A DNA stretch of 64,000 nucleotides from a bacterium (GCA_017478515.1 JAFVDH010000004.1:172-64171); one strand, 5' to 3'. Numbered from the stretch's first letter, positions 10,248-21,214 are shown. Numbers and translations are program-made. Notes: generated from the letters alone by a model not told the origin.

Positions 10248-10691
10248 ATGATACATCAATTAGCAGATGTTCAAAGTGAAAAAATTGGAGAAAATACTAA
10301 TATATGGCAATTCTGTGTTGTTCTTCCTAACGCTGAGATAGGAGAAAATTGTAACATTTGTGCGGGTTGTTTTATAGAAAATGATGTAAAAATAGGAAAT
10401 AATGTAACTATAAAAAATAATGTTCAATTATGGGATGGAATAGAAATTGAAGATAATGTATTTATTGGTGCAAATACTACATTTACAAATGATAAATACC
10501 CTCGCTCAAAAAAATATCCTGATAAATTTCTAAAAACAATAGTAAAAAAAGGTGCAAGTATAGGTGCTAACTCCACAATTTTACCGGGATTAACAATCGG
10601 GGAAAATTCTATGATTGGTGCGGGTAGTGTTGTTACAAAAGATGTTTTACCAAATACTACCGTTGTTGGTAATCCTGCGAGGATAATTTAA
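10248..10691 (+). CDS. FdtC/QdtC-type dTDP-3-amino-3,6-dideoxyhexose N-acetyltransferase (left-handed beta-helix)
   Basis: [36 protein letters not shown] ... VVGNPARII hexapeptide repeats. Confidence 0.8.
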   Translation: MIHQLADVQSEKIGENTNIWQFCVVLPNAEIGENCNICAGCFIENDVKIGNNVTIKNNVQLWDGIEIEDNVFIGANTTFTNDKYPRSKKYPDKFLKTIVKKGASIGANSTILPGLTIGENSMIGAGSVVTKDVLPNTTVVGNPARII

Positions 10692-10692
10692 A

Positions 10693-11262
10693 ATGTTTTT
10701 AGTAAAATTGTTTATTAAATTAAAAGCATTATTCTTTAGATATTTTGTATCTGAAAACAAACCTGTTTTGGCTAAAAAAGTAAAATTAAAATATCCTGTT
10801 TTGTTTATGGGTAAAGGTAAAATAAAATTGGGCGAAAGAGTTTTGCTCGGATACTTTCCGTCTGCTAAATATTTTGGTACAACGGGTTATGTTGAGGCTC
10901 GTTATGAAAATTCTATTATCGAAATAGGTGAAAGAACAAAGATAAATAATGATTTTTCAATTATTGCAAATAAAACTCAAATCAAAATTGGCAGTGATTG
11001 TGATATCGGGGTTGGATTTAAGTGTGTTGACAGCGATTTTCATGGTATAAATTTTGAAGACCGTCATAATGAAGAAAAAGTTATTAACAAACCTGTATCT
11101 ATTGGTGATAAAACATTTATCGGTGATAATGTTACAATTCTAAAGGGTGTAACTTTGGGCGAAAATTGTGTAGTTGGTGCAGGAAGTGTTGTTACTAAAT
11201 CTTTTGATGCCAATTCTGTTATTGCAGGTAACCCTGCAAAAGTAATTCAACACACACATTAA
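10693..11262 (+). CDS. Hexapeptide-repeat O-acetyltransferase (WbbJ/MAT-like)
   Basis: IGDKTFIGDNVTILKGVTLGENCVVGAGSVV..AGNPAKVI. Confidence 0.7.
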   Translation: MFLVKLFIKLKALFFRYFVSENKPVLAKKVKLKYPVLFMGKGKIKLGERVLLGYFPSAKYFGTTGYVEARYENSIIEIGERTKINNDFSIIANKTQIKIGSDCDIGVGFKCVDSDFHGINFEDRHNEEKVINKPVSIGDKTFIGDNVTILKGVTLGENCVVGAGSVVTKSFDANSVIAGNPAKVIQHTH

Positions 11263-11276
11263 AAAGAGGATAGCAT

Positions 11277-11807
11277 ATGAAAAATAAACTAATACCTATT
11301 CAGGTAATAGAAAGTAAAATTTATATTATAAGAAATATGAAAGTAATGCTTGATTTTGATTTAGCTAAATTATATGAAGTAGAAACTAAAAGGCTCAATG
11401 AAGCTGTAAAAAGAAACATTGAACGTTTCCCGGGAGATTTCATGTTTCAACTTACCAAAGATGAATGGAATAATTTGCGGTCGCAAATTGCGACCGCAAA
11501 TCCGAATGTACAAAAAATACGTTCAATACCGTTTGCTTTTACCGAACATGGAACTTTAATGCTTTCCAATGTTCTCAATTCTAAGAAAGCTATCAATGTA
11601 AGTATTCAAATAATTAGAGTATTTGATAAATTAAAACAATTTGCGATTTCTCAAAATGAATTATCAGGCAGAATTGAAAACCTTGAAAAAGCTTTTATAA
11701 ATTACGCAAAAGGTAATAATGAAAATATAGCAGATATGAAAAATGCAATAAACTATTTACTTGATATAACAAAACCGTCTAAAATAGGATTTAAAACAGA
11801 AAGTTAA
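11277..11807 (+). CDS. ORF6N (KilA-N-like) DNA-binding domain protein
   Basis: IRNMKVMLDFDLAKLYEVETKRLNEAVKRNIERFPGDFMFQLT is the ORF6N signature. Confidence 0.8.
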   Translation: MKNKLIPIQVIESKIYIIRNMKVMLDFDLAKLYEVETKRLNEAVKRNIERFPGDFMFQLTKDEWNNLRSQIATANPNVQKIRSIPFAFTEHGTLMLSNVLNSKKAINVSIQIIRVFDKLKQFAISQNELSGRIENLEKAFINYAKGNNENIADMKNAINYLLDITKPSKIGFKTES

Positions 11808-11833
11808 ATTTTAATTTATTGTATTAGACAAAA

Positions 11834-11899
11834 ATGTTAAATACTAAAGCTGTTGGGAATCCGGCAAAATTGATAAAAACAATGTTAAAGGAATTATGA
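11834..11899 (+). pseudogene. Remnant 3' end of a hexapeptide acetyltransferase
   Basis: 21-codon ORF MLNTKAVGNPAKLIKTMLKEL. The ..VGNPAKLIK.. motif is the typical C-terminus of LbH acetyltransferases, such as the intact one ending at 11262. Confidence 0.4.
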
Positions 11900-11902
11900 T
11901 TT

Positions 11903-12463
11903 ATGAGTAAAATTTTAAAAGATATTATCGGTCTTCCTGTTAAGGCTCTTTCTTATGCTAAAACCAAGTTTGATGTTCCGTTTGTAACTGTTAGCGTTGA
12001 TGGTGGAATTTGCTCGCAAATTTGTTTTTATTCTTTAGGAAAATACTTTTTGGATAAGGCTTATAGGGTTAAGTATGACCGAAGCGGGTTTGAAAAATTC
12101 GGATTGGATATTGATAATAAATTCGCAGGAAATTTTGATTTGTTAAATGTTTTTAAACTTGATAATTTTGAGATGGCTTCAAAAGATGAAATTGATTGGA
12201 TAGAAAAAGAAATTGTTCCGAATTTATCAGATGTTAACTATGAATTAGTAAATTGTAACGGTTCTGATAAGGGGTATCTTGATTTATATTTGATTTCAAA
12301 ATGCTCTTCATTTATAACTTCTTTAGGCTCTCTTGCAAAAACAGGTGCGATGTTATCAGAAAATTTGCTTAACGCTGATATTATTGTCAGCAATCAGGAT
12401 AAAAATTCACATTCGCTTAAGGCTTGTAAAGGTGCTAATATTGTTAAAATAAAAAATAATTAA
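11903..12463 (+). CDS. Short GT11-like (fucosyltransferase-like) protein, possibly truncated
   Basis: [17 protein letters not shown] resembles the GGLGNQMFQYA start, and [20 protein letters not shown] resembles the C-terminal GT11 block. At 186 aa it is shorter than typical family members. Confidence 0.3.
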   Translation: MSKILKDIIGLPVKALSYAKTKFDVPFVTVSVDGGICSQICFYSLGKYFLDKAYRVKYDRSGFEKFGLDIDNKFAGNFDLLNVFKLDNFEMASKDEIDWIEKEIVPNLSDVNYELVNCNGSDKGYLDLYLISKCSSFITSLGSLAKTGAMLSENLLNADIIVSNQDKNSHSLKACKGANIVKIKNN

Positions 12464-12479
12464 GAGGTTAAGTTCTTCT

Positions 12480-13565
12480 ATGATTAAATTTTTAGATTTA
12501 GAAAAGATAAATAACAGATTTAGAAAAGAATTTGATGAAAAAATAAAAGAAATACTTGATGACGGATGGTATTTGCTTGGTAAAAACGGAGAAATTTTTG
12601 AACAAAATTTTGCCGAATATTGCGGTACAAAGTATTGCGTTGGTGTCGGAAACGGGCTTGATGCTTTGACTTTGATTATTAAAGCTTACGGATTTTCAAA
12701 CGGTGATGAAATAATTGTTCCTGCAAATACTTACATTGCAACGATTTTGGCGATTACATACAACGGCTGCAAGCCTGTTCTCGTTGAACCTGATATAAAT
12801 ACTTACAATATCAATCCTGATTTGATTGAAGAAAAAATAACCGAAAAAACAAAAGCCATTATGCCTGTTCATTTGTACGGTCAATCTGTTGAAATGGAAA
12901 AACTGTGGGCGTTAGCAGAAAAATACAATCTTAAAATTATTGAAGATTCCGCACAAGCCCATGGTGCAATTTATAAAGGGAAAAGAACAGGTAATTTAGG
13001 TGATGCGTCGGGATTTTCTTTCTACCCGGGTAAAAACTTGGGCTGTATTGGTGACGGCGGATGTGTTACAACTAACGATAAAGAACTTGCCGATAAAATC
13101 AGGGCTATAAGAAATTATGGTTCAAATATAAAGTATCACAATATTTATCAAGGTGTAAATTCAAGATTAGACGAAATCCATGCTGCGGTATTGAATGTTA
13201 AATTGCCATATTTGGATAGCGATAATCAACGCAGACGTGAGATTGCAGAATACTATTTAAATAATATTAAAAATGACAAAATTATTACCCGCAAATCTTA
13301 CGCAAATGATGCTAATGTTTGGCATGTTTTCCCTGTAAGAACAGAAAATAGAGATGAATTTCAACAATATTTAAAAGATAATGAAATTCAAACACTCATT
13401 CATTATCCTATTCCTCCACACAAACAGGAATGCTACAAAGAATTGAGCGAATTATCTCTGCCTGTTACGGAAGAAATTCACAGAACTATAATATCTCTTC
13501 CTATTTCTCCTGTTATGGAGGACAATGAAGTAACAAAAGTTGTTGATATAGTTAATAAATACTGA
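12480..13565 (+). CDS. DegT/DnrJ/EryC1 PLP-dependent sugar aminotransferase (FdtB/QdtB-type)
   Basis: Whole-length family look: Gx[22 protein letters not shown] (Lys). Confidence 0.9.
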   Translation: MIKFLDLEKINNRFRKEFDEKIKEILDDGWYLLGKNGEIFEQNFAEYCGTKYCVGVGNGLDALTLIIKAYGFSNGDEIIVPANTYIATILAITYNGCKPVLVEPDINTYNINPDLIEEKITEKTKAIMPVHLYGQSVEMEKLWALAEKYNLKIIEDSAQAHGAIYKGKRTGNLGDASGFSFYPGKNLGCIGDGGCVTTNDKELADKIRAIRNYGSNIKYHNIYQGVNSRLDEIHAAVLNVKLPYLDSDNQRRREIAEYYLNNIKNDKIITRKSYANDANVWHVFPVRTENRDEFQQYLKDNEIQTLIHYPIPPHKQECYKELSELSLPVTEEIHRTIISLPISPVMEDNEVTKVVDIVNKY

Positions 13566-13578
13566 TAGTAAGGACGTT

Positions 13579-15012
13579 ATGTTTTTTAATTCAATACAAT
13601 TTATATTTCTATTTTTGCCGATTACTTTAATCGTTTATTTTGCATTAAATAAATTTCGTTTATTAAAAATTGCTGCAGGATGGCTTGTCGGGGCATCTTT
13701 GTTTTTCTATTCATATTGGAATATCAAGTATCTGCCGTTAATTTTGGCAAGTATTACTTTTAATTATCTTATCGGACAAACTCTTCTTTCGACGGACAGG
13801 CTTAAAATAAATAAAAAAGCCTTAGTTTTATTCGGAATTATTGGTAATGTCGGACTTCTTATTTATTTTAAATACTTTAACTTTCTGATTGAAAATATCA
13901 ATATTATTTTTCATCAGCAGTTTGATTTTATGAAGTTGATGCTTCCTTTAGCAATAAGCTTTTTTACTTTCCAGCAAATTGCATACCTTGTTGATACTTA
14001 TAAGGGTAAAACAAAAGAGTGTGATTTTCTGACTTACGCTTTATTTGTTTGTTTCTTCCCTCATTTGATATCAGGGCCTATAGTAAGATTTGATGAAGAA
14101 GTTCCTCAGTTTTTAAATATAAGAAAACGTGTTGTTAATTGGAAAAACTTATCAAAAGGGTTATTTTTATTTGCAATAGGCTTATTTAAAAAAGTGATTA
14201 TGGCAGATTTGTTCTCAAAGGCTGCTTTGGTCGGGTTTTCTGATGCCCTAAATTTATCTATGCTTGAGGCGTGGATAGTTATATTCAGCTATACATTCCA
14301 AATATTTTTCGATTTTTCGGGCTATACCGATATGGCAAGAGGTATCGGTTTAATGTTTAACATTGATATAGCTCAAAACTTTAACAATCCTTATATCGCA
14401 AAGGATATACAGGAATTTTGGAGAAGATGGCATATGACACTGTCAAGATGGCTGAAAGATTATATCTATATTCCTCTTGGCGGCAACAGACACGGAAATT
14501 TTAATACCTACAAAAATCTGTTCTTAACTTTTTTAATCGGCGGTATCTGGCATGGTGCAAATTTGACATTTATTGTGTGGGGCATTATGCACGGTGTTGG
14601 TTCTGTTATAAACCGTTTTTGGAAAAATCTTAATAAGTCTATACCAAATTGGTTCTGCTGGGCTTTAACTTTTGCTTATGTTAATGTTGCTTGGCTTTAT
14701 TTTGGTGCGAAAAAAGTCGCCGATGCTAATAATATTCTATTAACGGCTGTAAATCCTTTGACTTTTGATATACCTAAAATTTATTTTCCTGCCGTAAAAT
14801 TTAGAGCAACAGGACATAGTTATGATATATTCGGAATTATTCTTATAGCTTTGGCTGTATACTTTATATTCAATGACGGGTTCAGAAAATTTGCGGATAA
14901 TTTTAAACCTCAAGCTAAATATGCGGTTTTTATCGTAGTTTTATTGTTAGTTGTTGTTTATAATCTTGTGAAACCTGATTATTCATCATCATTTATTTAT
15001 TTTAATTTCTAG
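13579..15012 (+). CDS. MBOAT family membrane O-acyltransferase (AlgI/DltB-like)
   Basis: FDFSGYTDMA, FWRRWHMTLSRWL, GGIWHGAN motifs; multi-pass. Confidence 0.85.
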   Translation: MFFNSIQFIFLFLPITLIVYFALNKFRLLKIAAGWLVGASLFFYSYWNIKYLPLILASITFNYLIGQTLLSTDRLKINKKALVLFGIIGNVGLLIYFKYFNFLIENINIIFHQQFDFMKLMLPLAISFFTFQQIAYLVDTYKGKTKECDFLTYALFVCFFPHLISGPIVRFDEEVPQFLNIRKRVVNWKNLSKGLFLFAIGLFKKVIMADLFSKAALVGFSDALNLSMLEAWIVIFSYTFQIFFDFSGYTDMARGIGLMFNIDIAQNFNNPYIAKDIQEFWRRWHMTLSRWLKDYIYIPLGGNRHGNFNTYKNLFLTFLIGGIWHGANLTFIVWGIMHGVGSVINRFWKNLNKSIPNWFCWALTFAYVNVAWLYFGAKKVADANNILLTAVNPLTFDIPKIYFPAVKFRATGHSYDIFGIILIALAVYFIFNDGFRKFADNFKPQAKYAVFIVVLLLVVVYNLVKPDYSSSFIYFNF

Positions 15013-15036
15013 GAGCATAACGGAAGAACACACATT

Positions 15037-16029
15037 ATGAAAGAATACAAAACATTTTTTATAAAAACTTTAATTATATTTTTTGCACTGCTTGTACTAA
15101 TTCCTGCTGTGTTAATAACTGCGGGAGATTTTTTTGCGGGGAAATATGTTTACTCAAAAGCTGCCGCTCATATAAGATATTGGATTGATGCAAAGCAAAA
15201 TAGGGCAGATATTTTAAACAAAAAAGGAAATAAAATAGTCTTTTTATCAGGTTCAAGTTTAATGTACGGGTTTAACTCAAAATACGCATACGAAAAAACA
15301 GGTTTGCCTGTCTTAAATCTGGGCATCCATGCAGCGTTTGGAAGTTATATTTATAATATTGCAAAACACGTTTTAAAAGATGGCGATATTGTTGTTCTTG
15401 CACTTGAATGTCCTTATTATGAAGAAGAGAAAGAGTCTAATATTCAAGGCCCTTTTGCTGAATACATTATTTCTTATGACAATGATTACTACAAAAAATC
15501 TGACTTAAAGAAAAAATTTGGTCTTGCTATGTTTTTGTTTCAACAATATATAATGCATCCGAATATTCCGAAAGAAAAAGTTTTGGTAGATGAAGATTAC
15601 AAAAAACAGGTAAATGATTTTGGGGATTTTGTCGGAAATAATGAGACTACCGAACTTTTTAAATCCCATGCCAAGCCTCAGGTGATTACTGAAAATATTC
15701 CTGAAAAATATGATGAATATCCGCTTTATAATTTTATAAAGTATTGCAGAGAACATGATATTACGGTTTATGCGATTATGCCTGTAATGTATCATTCTAA
15801 AACATTTACGCCAGAAGAAGAAATTGCTTATAAACATATAAGAGATTTTTATAAAAAACAGGGTGTATATTTTATTGGTGATATAAAATCGGGAAGTTTG
15901 TATGATGTAAATTTTTTCCACGATACGAGTGCTCATGCAAATACTAATGGTGCTAAAATCAGAACGGATTGGATAATTGATAATGTTCTGTCAAGACCTG
16001 AAATTTATTCAATTAACAAAAATAAATAG
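15037..16029 (+). CDS. Membrane-anchored SGNH/DltD-like partner of the MBOAT enzyme
   Basis: N-terminal TM segment, FLSGSS (block I-like) and FHDTSAHAN (block V-like). Sits directly downstream of the MBOAT gene. Confidence 0.45.
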   Translation: MKEYKTFFIKTLIIFFALLVLIPAVLITAGDFFAGKYVYSKAAAHIRYWIDAKQNRADILNKKGNKIVFLSGSSLMYGFNSKYAYEKTGLPVLNLGIHAAFGSYIYNIAKHVLKDGDIVVLALECPYYEEEKESNIQGPFAEYIISYDNDYYKKSDLKKKFGLAMFLFQQYIMHPNIPKEKVLVDEDYKKQVNDFGDFVGNNETTELFKSHAKPQVITENIPEKYDEYPLYNFIKYCREHDITVYAIMPVMYHSKTFTPEEEIAYKHIRDFYKKQGVYFIGDIKSGSLYDVNFFHDTSAHANTNGAKIRTDWIIDNVLSRPEIYSINKNK

Positions 16030-16037
16030 GATAAAAC

Positions 16038-16203
16038 ATGAATATCATTAAACTCTTTAAAAATTTAACAGCTCCAAAAAATGGCTGTAAATCAAAAATT
16101 AAGGGCAAAAATAATGTTATTAAATGTTAAAACAACGCAAAGACAACTTTAAAAATTATTTGTACAGTCCGAAAATCCTACAAAATTGTTAAAAGAAATA
16201 TAA
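16038..16203 (+). pseudogene. Decayed acetyltransferase remnant (N-terminal 30 codons and a separate C-terminal ..ENPTKLLKEI piece)
   Basis: Short ORF MNIIKLF..GKNNVIKC*, followed out of context by ..SENPTKLLKEI*. This resembles the GNPAKxIK C-termini seen at 11262 and 11899. Confidence 0.35.
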
Positions 16204-16255
16204 ATTGGGATAGAAAAAGATCCGAACAGTATATGAATTAAAGCTTGTATTGATA

Positions 16256-17032
16256 TCAGCAATCTTGCAAAATTCTGAAATCTTGTTCGTATTCTTCAAA
16301 ACATTCTTCGCAGTCTTTACGTGTTTCTACGGTAATATTTTTTGAAGTATCTATAATGCTGAAAATTCTATCCAAATCCCAGTCACAGTCTTTAAAATGC
16401 AAGTGTCTGTCTGTTATACTGTCCAATTTATTTCCGCTTATATGATAGCAGGTTGGGTTTAATTTTTGAAATTCATTTAAATATTCATACGGGTTTTTGT
16501 TTAATGCATTTGCCGTTGACATACAATGAGATATATCAAGGCAAAATCCGCAATCATGATTATCTTTAACAAATTTTATTTCTTCAACTGTTGCCCCTCT
16601 ATATGTTGGTTTCATTGTTTTTTTAGAAATTAGAGGTTTATTTTCTATAACCATTCTTTTTGGGTTTATTATTTTTAATTGACGAACTGTTTCTTCTATA
16701 TTAAACCCTTTCCCCGGGTGAACTACAACGTATTGAGCGTCTATAATTTCTGTGTATTTGTCAATTTGTTCGTTTAAAATTTTCTTGTTAAATTCTTCTT
16801 GATTTTCATCTGCTAAATTCACATTATATATTGAATGCGGAGCATGAAGCGTAAACGGTACGTTTACTTTTTCTTTAAATTTTTTCCAAGCTTTGGCATA
16901 CTCTAGTGTGTTTGGATTTACGAATAATTCTATATATGTAAACAGTCCTTTTCCTAAAAAATCTTCTACTTCGTTTTCATATTTGCCGAGTTCGTCGGAA
17001 TACATTTTAAATCCCAGTTTTAAGTTTCGCAT
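16256..17032 (-). CDS. Xylose-isomerase-like TIM-barrel protein (sugar phosphate isomerase/epimerase family)
   Basis: Size and H/E/D metal-ligand pattern (LHAPH, VVHPG, IEN, DISH). Confidence 0.6.
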   Translation of the reverse strand: MRNLKLGFKMYSDELGKYENEVEDFLGKGLFTYIELFVNPNTLEYAKAWKKFKEKVNVPFTLHAPHSIYNVNLADENQEEFNKKILNEQIDKYTEIIDAQYVVVHPGKGFNIEETVRQLKIINPKRMVIENKPLISKKTMKPTYRGATVEEIKFVKDNHDCGFCLDISHCMSTANALNKNPYEYLNEFQKLNPTCYHISGNKLDSITDRHLHFKDCDWDLDRIFSIIDTSKNITVETRKDCEECFEEYEQDFRILQDC

Positions 17033-17050
17033 TGCAGCCTCGTTTATTTT

Positions 17051-17854
17051 TTAATTTAATAACATTTTTCCCAAAGTTTTGCACTCATCCATAAGTTCTT
17101 TCTGTGTAAATTTTCTTACGTACGAGTTAATCTTTGTACAATTTAAGATAAATTGTTCGCTTTCAGTTTCTTTTGGTGAGTATTCTATATATTTTTCAGG
17201 CAAAATACTGCATAAAAGTTCTTTTGTTGTTAATGCAAAACCTGCTCCGACATTATATGTTCCGAAAAGGTTAGTTTCTATTATTTTTGTAAGAGTTTCT
17301 TGAAAATAATCTTTTGTAATAAAGTCTTTTTTCGACTCTTTATTAATAGTGCAGGTTATTTTGCCGTTTGTTTTTAATTCTGATTCCAGCCAACCTATGA
17401 ATGTGCTGTAGGAATTTTTGTTTGATGGTTTTCCTATAATATTTCCCGTTCTTAGTATCACAAGTTGATTAGAATTAAGCGTTTCAGATAATTTTTGTTC
17501 AATATTGCACTTGTTTTTTGAATAGAAATCAAATGGTTTTAATTCTGAGTTTTCGCTATATATTTTTAATTCTGAACAACTTCCGTAAACTTTTCTTGAG
17601 GATAAAAATATAAATTTTGTTTTATCATTTTTTATGTATTTTGCAATGTTGTAATCAATCATTTCGTCGTCGGACAGTAGTCTGTTAAAGTGTTCCTGCT
17701 GTATACAGAAGTTTATTATCCAATCATATTCGTTATATTTCTCAAAATTTGTTTCAAATGGGCGTTTTATTTTTTCGACATAGATGCTATCCGAATTTAA
17801 TTTGAAATCGGATGCCAGATAGCTGTTTTGTCCTATTATTAAAACTTTTTTCAT
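17051..17854 (-). CDS. SDR-fold NAD-dependent epimerase/reductase (RmlD-like), degenerate glycine motif
   Basis: MKKVLIIGQNSYLA.. N-terminus, YSKNK (YxxxK) motif, location in the glycan locus. Confidence 0.55.
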   Translation of the reverse strand: MKKVLIIGQNSYLASDFKLNSDSIYVEKIKRPFETNFEKYNEYDWIINFCIQQEHFNRLLSDDEMIDYNIAKYIKNDKTKFIFLSSRKVYGSCSELKIYSENSELKPFDFYSKNKCNIEQKLSETLNSNQLVILRTGNIIGKPSNKNSYSTFIGWLESELKTNGKITCTINKESKKDFITKDYFQETLTKIIETNLFGTYNVGAGFALTTKELLCSILPEKYIEYSPKETESEQFILNCTKINSYVRKFTQKELMDECKTLGKMLLN

Positions 17855-17920
17855 TATATTGTGCCTTTGATAATATCATACCATACAAAATAATATTTTG
17901 GCTTATGATATAATCAATTT

Positions 17921-19288
17921 ATGGGAAAAGTTAAATCAAAATTTGTGTGTCAGCAATGCGGGTATGAAAGTATAAGATATATAGGAAAGTGCCCTAATTG
18001 CAGTGCGTGGGGTTCATTTGTTGAAGAAGTTGAAACGGATATAACTCCAAAAACTGAGCATGCAGAAATTTTCCAAAATGATACAAAACCTGCACTTATA
18101 AAAGATATAGAAGTTAATGACGAATTTAGAACAAGCACAAAGATATCGGAATTTGACAGAGTATTAGGCGGAGGCTTTGTTCAGGGTTCTCTTGTATTGC
18201 TTGCGGGTGACCCGGGAATAGGTAAATCTACTCTTGTGCTTCAAACAAGCGGAAAGCTTTGCGAACAGGGAAAAAGGGTTCTATATGCCTCTGCGGAAGA
18301 AAGTGCCTCTCAGATTAAATCTCGTGCCGAAAGACTGAATATAAAAAATGAGTCTTTGTATGTTTATTCCCAAACAAATATTGAATGTATAAAAGCTCAG
18401 ATAAATGAATTAAGACCTGATTTTTTAATTATAGATAGTGTTCAGGCCGTATTTACGAATACGATAACAAGTTCTGCGGGAAGTATTTCTCAAATAAGAG
18501 AATGCTGTAATATCCTGATGCACCTCGCAAAATGTGAAAATATAACAGTAATCGTGATAGGTCATGTGACTAAAGAGGGTAACATTGCAGGCCCTAAAAT
18601 GCTTGAACATATGGTTGATGTTGTTATTCAATTTGAGGGTGATAAATACAAATCTTACAGAATTTTGCGGGCAATAAAAAATCGTTTCGGAACGACTTCG
18701 GAAGTCGGTTTGTTTGATATGAAAGATACAGGACTTGTAGAAATAACAAATTCGGGGGATATCTTCCTAGATATAAACCATGAAAATTCTACGGGAAGTG
18801 TTGTTATAGTGGCAAATGAGGGAACTCGCCCTATTTTAGTTGAAATACAGGCCCTTGTCGGCTCAACTTCTTATCCTGCACCAAGACGTGTTACAAACGG
18901 AGTGGATACAAATCGTGTTTTACAAATTTTGGCAGTGCTTGAAAAAAGAGTTGGTTTGAATTTTTCTAAGCAGGATGTGTATGTGAATGTTATTGGCGGA
19001 ATAGATATAAAAGAACCCGCTGCCGATTTGGGCGTTGCAGTTGCTATCGTTTCGTGTTTTAAGGATAAACTCGTTGATAACAAAACTGTTATAATTGGAG
19101 AAATAGGTTTGTCGGGTGAAATTCGTTCTGTAAATAATATAGAAAAACGTCTTATTGAGGCTCGAAAACTCGGGTTTAAAACAGCTATTATTCCTAAATT
19201 GAATGATAAAAAATTGTTAGAAAATCTTTCTATTAAATGTATTGAGGCTTCAAAAATAACGGAGGCTTTAAAAGATTGTTGTTTTTAG
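17921..19288 (+). CDS. radA: DNA repair protein RadA/Sms
   Basis: CQQCGYES..CPNC zinc finger, GDPGIGKST Walker A, KNRFG, Lon-like C-terminal domain. Confidence 0.95.
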   Translation: MGKVKSKFVCQQCGYESIRYIGKCPNCSAWGSFVEEVETDITPKTEHAEIFQNDTKPALIKDIEVNDEFRTSTKISEFDRVLGGGFVQGSLVLLAGDPGIGKSTLVLQTSGKLCEQGKRVLYASAEESASQIKSRAERLNIKNESLYVYSQTNIECIKAQINELRPDFLIIDSVQAVFTNTITSSAGSISQIRECCNILMHLAKCENITVIVIGHVTKEGNIAGPKMLEHMVDVVIQFEGDKYKSYRILRAIKNRFGTTSEVGLFDMKDTGLVEITNSGDIFLDINHENSTGSVVIVANEGTRPILVEIQALVGSTSYPAPRRVTNGVDTNRVLQILAVLEKRVGLNFSKQDVYVNVIGGIDIKEPAADLGVAVAIVSCFKDKLVDNKTVIIGEIGLSGEIRSVNNIEKRLIEARKLGFKTAIIPKLNDKKLLENLSIKCIEASKITEALKDCCF

Positions 19289-19312
19289 CTTTTTTTATAA
19301 TATAATTTAGTT

Positions 19313-21139
19313 ATGAAACTGGAACAAACAACAGCCAAAAACTCATACAGATACGGATGGCTGTTAAAAAGAATATTTCCGTATATAAAACCTTATATGG
19401 GCAGAATATTTCTATCGCTTATGGTTGCAATTCCTTTGGGATTACTTGACGGCGTTACGGCATTTGCTCTTAAACCTTATATGGACTATGTTGTAGGTCA
19501 GCAGGATTTAATTGTTAATTGGAAATTTATCCATATTGATTTGAAATACACAATTCTTGCTTTTGTACTTCCTTTTGCGGTCGTAATTTTTGCTGCTATT
19601 CAAGGACTTTTGAGATATTTAAATGAATATCTTACTCAGTGGATAAGTCAAAAAATAACTATCTCCGTAAAATCGGATTTGTTTACAAGAATGGTAAATA
19701 TGGATACAAAATTCTATGATGAAAATTCGTCGGGAATAGTTATTTCAAGATATATGAATGACCCTCAAACTGCTGCATCAAGCCTTGTAGACCAGTTAAC
19801 AACTATGATTACAAGTACGTTTGGTGCTATTGGGTTGATTACGGTTATGCTTTACAGTTCATGGAGATTGGCTATTGTCGGTGTAGCTGTTTTGACAATC
19901 GCTTTTTTACCTGTTGCTTTGATAAGAAATGTTATTAAACGTACTTCTAACCAAAGTGTTGTTATTGGCGGTAATATTACAACTAATATTAACGAAACCT
20001 ATATTGGCAATAAAATAATTTGTTCTTACGGATTGCAGGATAGACAGGACAAAAAGATAAAACAACAATTAAGAGACTCTTTTGATGTCTCAATGTCTTT
20101 ATTAAAACGTGCGGCATGGATGTCGCCGATGATGTATTTAATCGCATCTGTAGGTATTGCAATTGTTTTATGGTACGGTACGGATTTAATTCTAAGAGGT
20201 GTTATGACTGCGGGTGGCTTTGCTTCTTTTGTTACCTCTTTACTATTGCTGTACAAACCTGTTAAAAATTTGGGCAGAACTCTTCAATTCCTGCAAACTG
20301 TTTTTGTAGCACTTTGCCGTGTGTTTGAATTGTTTGATCTTGAACCCGAAGTTCAAAATCTTCCTGATGCCGTTGCTATGAAAGGTATTCAGCAAAGCGT
20401 AAGATTTGAAAATGTTAATTTTGAATATACAGAGGGCGTTCCTGTTTTAAAAAATATTAATTTTGAAATTAATAAAGGTGAAACAGTTGCAATTGTCGGA
20501 AATTCCGGAGGTGGAAAGTCTACTATTGCAAATCTTATTCCGAGATTTTATGATGTTACATCGGGTGCTATAAAAATTGATGGCACAAATATCAAAAACT
20601 TTACTCTGGACTCTCTTCGCCATCATATTGCAATGGTATTTCAGGATAATTTTCTTTTCTCTGCAACGATAAAAGAAAATATAATGCTTGGAAATCCTGA
20701 CGCAAGCGATGAACAATTAAAATCGGCTGTGCAGGCAGCACATTTGGAAGAAATGCTTGCAGAAATGCCTGACGGTATTGATACAGAATTGAGCGAAAGA
20801 GGAGTGACTCTTTCAGGCGGACAAAGACAACGTGTCGCTATCGCAAGAGCTATTATAAAAGATGCTCCTATTATTATTCTCGATGAGGCAACTTCTGCTC
20901 TTGATAATGAATCGGAGGCTATTGTCCAAAAAGCTTTGGATAATTTGATTAAAAATAAAACGGTTTTCTTGATAGCACATCGATTTACAACTATTAAAAA
21001 TGCTAACAGAATTATTGTTATAAATGAGGGTGAAATAGTTGAATCAGGTACTCATGATGAACTAATGAGTATCGATGACGGTCACTATAAACATCTTTAT
21101 GAAATGCAATTTAAGCATCAAGACAAAACAAATGCATAG
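19313..21139 (+). CDS. ABC exporter, fused permease-ATPase (MsbA/lipid A exporter-like)
   Basis: Six-TM N-terminal half, GNSGGGKST, LSGGQRQR, ILDEATSALD. Confidence 0.85.
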   Translation: MKLEQTTAKNSYRYGWLLKRIFPYIKPYMGRIFLSLMVAIPLGLLDGVTAFALKPYMDYVVGQQDLIVNWKFIHIDLKYTILAFVLPFAVVIFAAIQGLLRYLNEYLTQWISQKITISVKSDLFTRMVNMDTKFYDENSSGIVISRYMNDPQTAASSLVDQLTTMITSTFGAIGLITVMLYSSWRLAIVGVAVLTIAFLPVALIRNVIKRTSNQSVVIGGNITTNINETYIGNKIICSYGLQDRQDKKIKQQLRDSFDVSMSLLKRAAWMSPMMYLIASVGIAIVLWYGTDLILRGVMTAGGFASFVTSLLLLYKPVKNLGRTLQFLQTVFVALCRVFELFDLEPEVQNLPDAVAMKGIQQSVRFENVNFEYTEGVPVLKNINFEINKGETVAIVGNSGGGKSTIANLIPRFYDVTSGAIKIDGTNIKNFTLDSLRHHIAMVFQDNFLFSATIKENIMLGNPDASDEQLKSAVQAAHLEEMLAEMPDGIDTELSERGVTLSGGQRQRVAIARAIIKDAPIIILDEATSALDNESEAIVQKALDNLIKNKTVFLIAHRFTTIKNANRIIVINEGEIVESGTHDELMSIDDGHYKHLYEMQFKHQDKTNA

Positions 21140-21214
21140 CGGTAAATTAATAAAAGCAAAAATTTACTTAAAAATGCAGTAGTCAGTAAAAAATAAAAAA
21201 GAAGGTAAAATAAA

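Noticed and set aside
13089-13096. Exact GCCGATAA octamer inside the DegT aminotransferase gene.
   Set aside because: No TAAA-type -35 at the right spacing, and it is inside coding sequence.
21140-21214. T-box or other riboswitch leaders upstream of glyS and alaS.
   Set aside because: The leaders are only ~75 nt (glyS) and ~135 nt (alaS, shared with the tRNA-Arg flank). No specifier or T-box sequence (AGGGUGGNACCGCG-like) was seen.
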